DNA of 62,056 nucleotides, filler included, from Squatina squatina (taxonomy: Eukaryota): assembly GCA_031763465.1 (NCBI GenBank). It is 3 parts of 3 records of this genome, joined end to end, with 100 filler letters (N's around TTAATTAATTAA, not from the genome) between each part and the next. Parts side by side here need not be neighbours in the genome. Positions count along the whole stretch, not along the records: positions 41,596 to 62,056 come from JARFOE010000004.1; 2 more parts are not named here. The stretch is one strand, 5' to 3'. Below are positions 61,050-62,056 of this stretch, piece after piece. The notes beneath the pieces were generated by a model that was given only the letters and a program-made list of their open reading frames with translations, ran no database searches and was not told the origin of the DNA. Position 1 is the first letter of the stretch. Every line of letters starts with the position of its first letter. Made by a program: the position numbers and the translations under genes.

Positions 61050-62056
61050 AATTTGCAGCCAACACCAAANNNNNNNNNNNNNNNNNNNNNNNNNNNNNNN
61101 NNNNNNNNNNNNNNNNNNNNNNNNNNNNNNNNNNNNNNNNNNNNNNNNNNNNNNNNNNNNNNNNNNNNNCAGTTTTAGCAGAGAGCTGGAAATGTGTTCA
61201 CCTGCTTTCCTTGTTAAGGAATGTCACATGGGGGAGTGCAGACTTGATTAAAATATATTGGGATGCAAAAGCAGACTTACATAGACATTTTCTATTTGCA
61301 GTATATTAGTGCAGTTTAGGACAGCTGGCAGAAGTTAAAATTATCATTTTTATAATGGATAGACTCCGGTAGTTAATGAATAATGGATTGTTTAAAAAAA
61401 TGACCCACTTAGGCAAAGAATTAACAAATTCCCATTTGCAAAGGTGAGAGTCAGCCATTATCTTGCTGCTTCAGTGGGGATGTAAGCAGGGACTATAAAA
61501 ACTATTAATTTAACAGGGCAAGCTTCCAAAATAAAATGAAGAGAATGTAGCCTTTGGAGAACTTACACATTTAAGTGAATGGTAGGGCCTGCTTAAACAG
61601 GTTGCATTAATTCTGTCAGATTCAATTTACTTCAAAAGTTTCCTAATTTTATTTCAATACTCTATTAAAGAATGGGCCCTCTCGTAACTAATGAAATCAA
61701 TGCAAGTAAACAGAGATCTCTTGCTGATTGGACTTGAACTGGAACTAATGAAAGCTGCAGAGAATGAGTATGTAAATCGGTGAATTGAGGCCAATCAACA
61801 GGTAAATGAGGCAAAAATCACTATTCAATTTTTTGGAGCCAAATCATTTTATTTTCTCTATGCCTCTTGAAGCCTTCCTGAGCCTTACTTCAGCATTGGG
61901 TGAGCCCGGCGAACTGCTCTCAGGGATCTGACAATAGCTGCTTTTATAGAACAATAGAAATTTACAGCACAGAAGGAGGCTATTCAACACATTAGAGGTT
62001 CTTTTGGTCGGTAGACTGGAGGAGCAGATTTTCTGTGCATTATAGCTTCAGGTCAA

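Overview
This is eukaryotic, AT-rich vertebrate DNA, most likely from a cartilaginous fish (shark), judged from its CR1, L2, Penelope, Deu-SINE and Harbinger repeats. The assembly is fragmented, with many 100-N gaps. The window is not contiguous: two artificial 100-bp linkers (44 N + TTAATTAATTAA + 44 N, at 19739-19838 and 41496-41595) join three scaffolds. Scaffold 1 ends with three minus-strand coding exons of PIK3R1 (iSH2 to cSH2) and what looks like its conserved 3'UTR. Scaffold 2 has no recognisable host-gene exon. Scaffold 3 has a 372-nt minus-strand exon of TJP2 (ZO-2). The ORF track missed the TJP2 exon and the two complete PIK3R1 exons. The rest is mostly decayed transposons: several PIF/Harbinger relics with intron-containing Myb/SANT genes, many CR1 fragments, SINEs, a Penelope-type palindrome, a 16-bp minisatellite, and a ~78-bp tandem repeat with splice signals in every unit. 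There is no CRISPR array or prokaryotic system, and I cannot support a claim of a new biological system. Family and orthologue calls rest on recalled motifs, not database searches.
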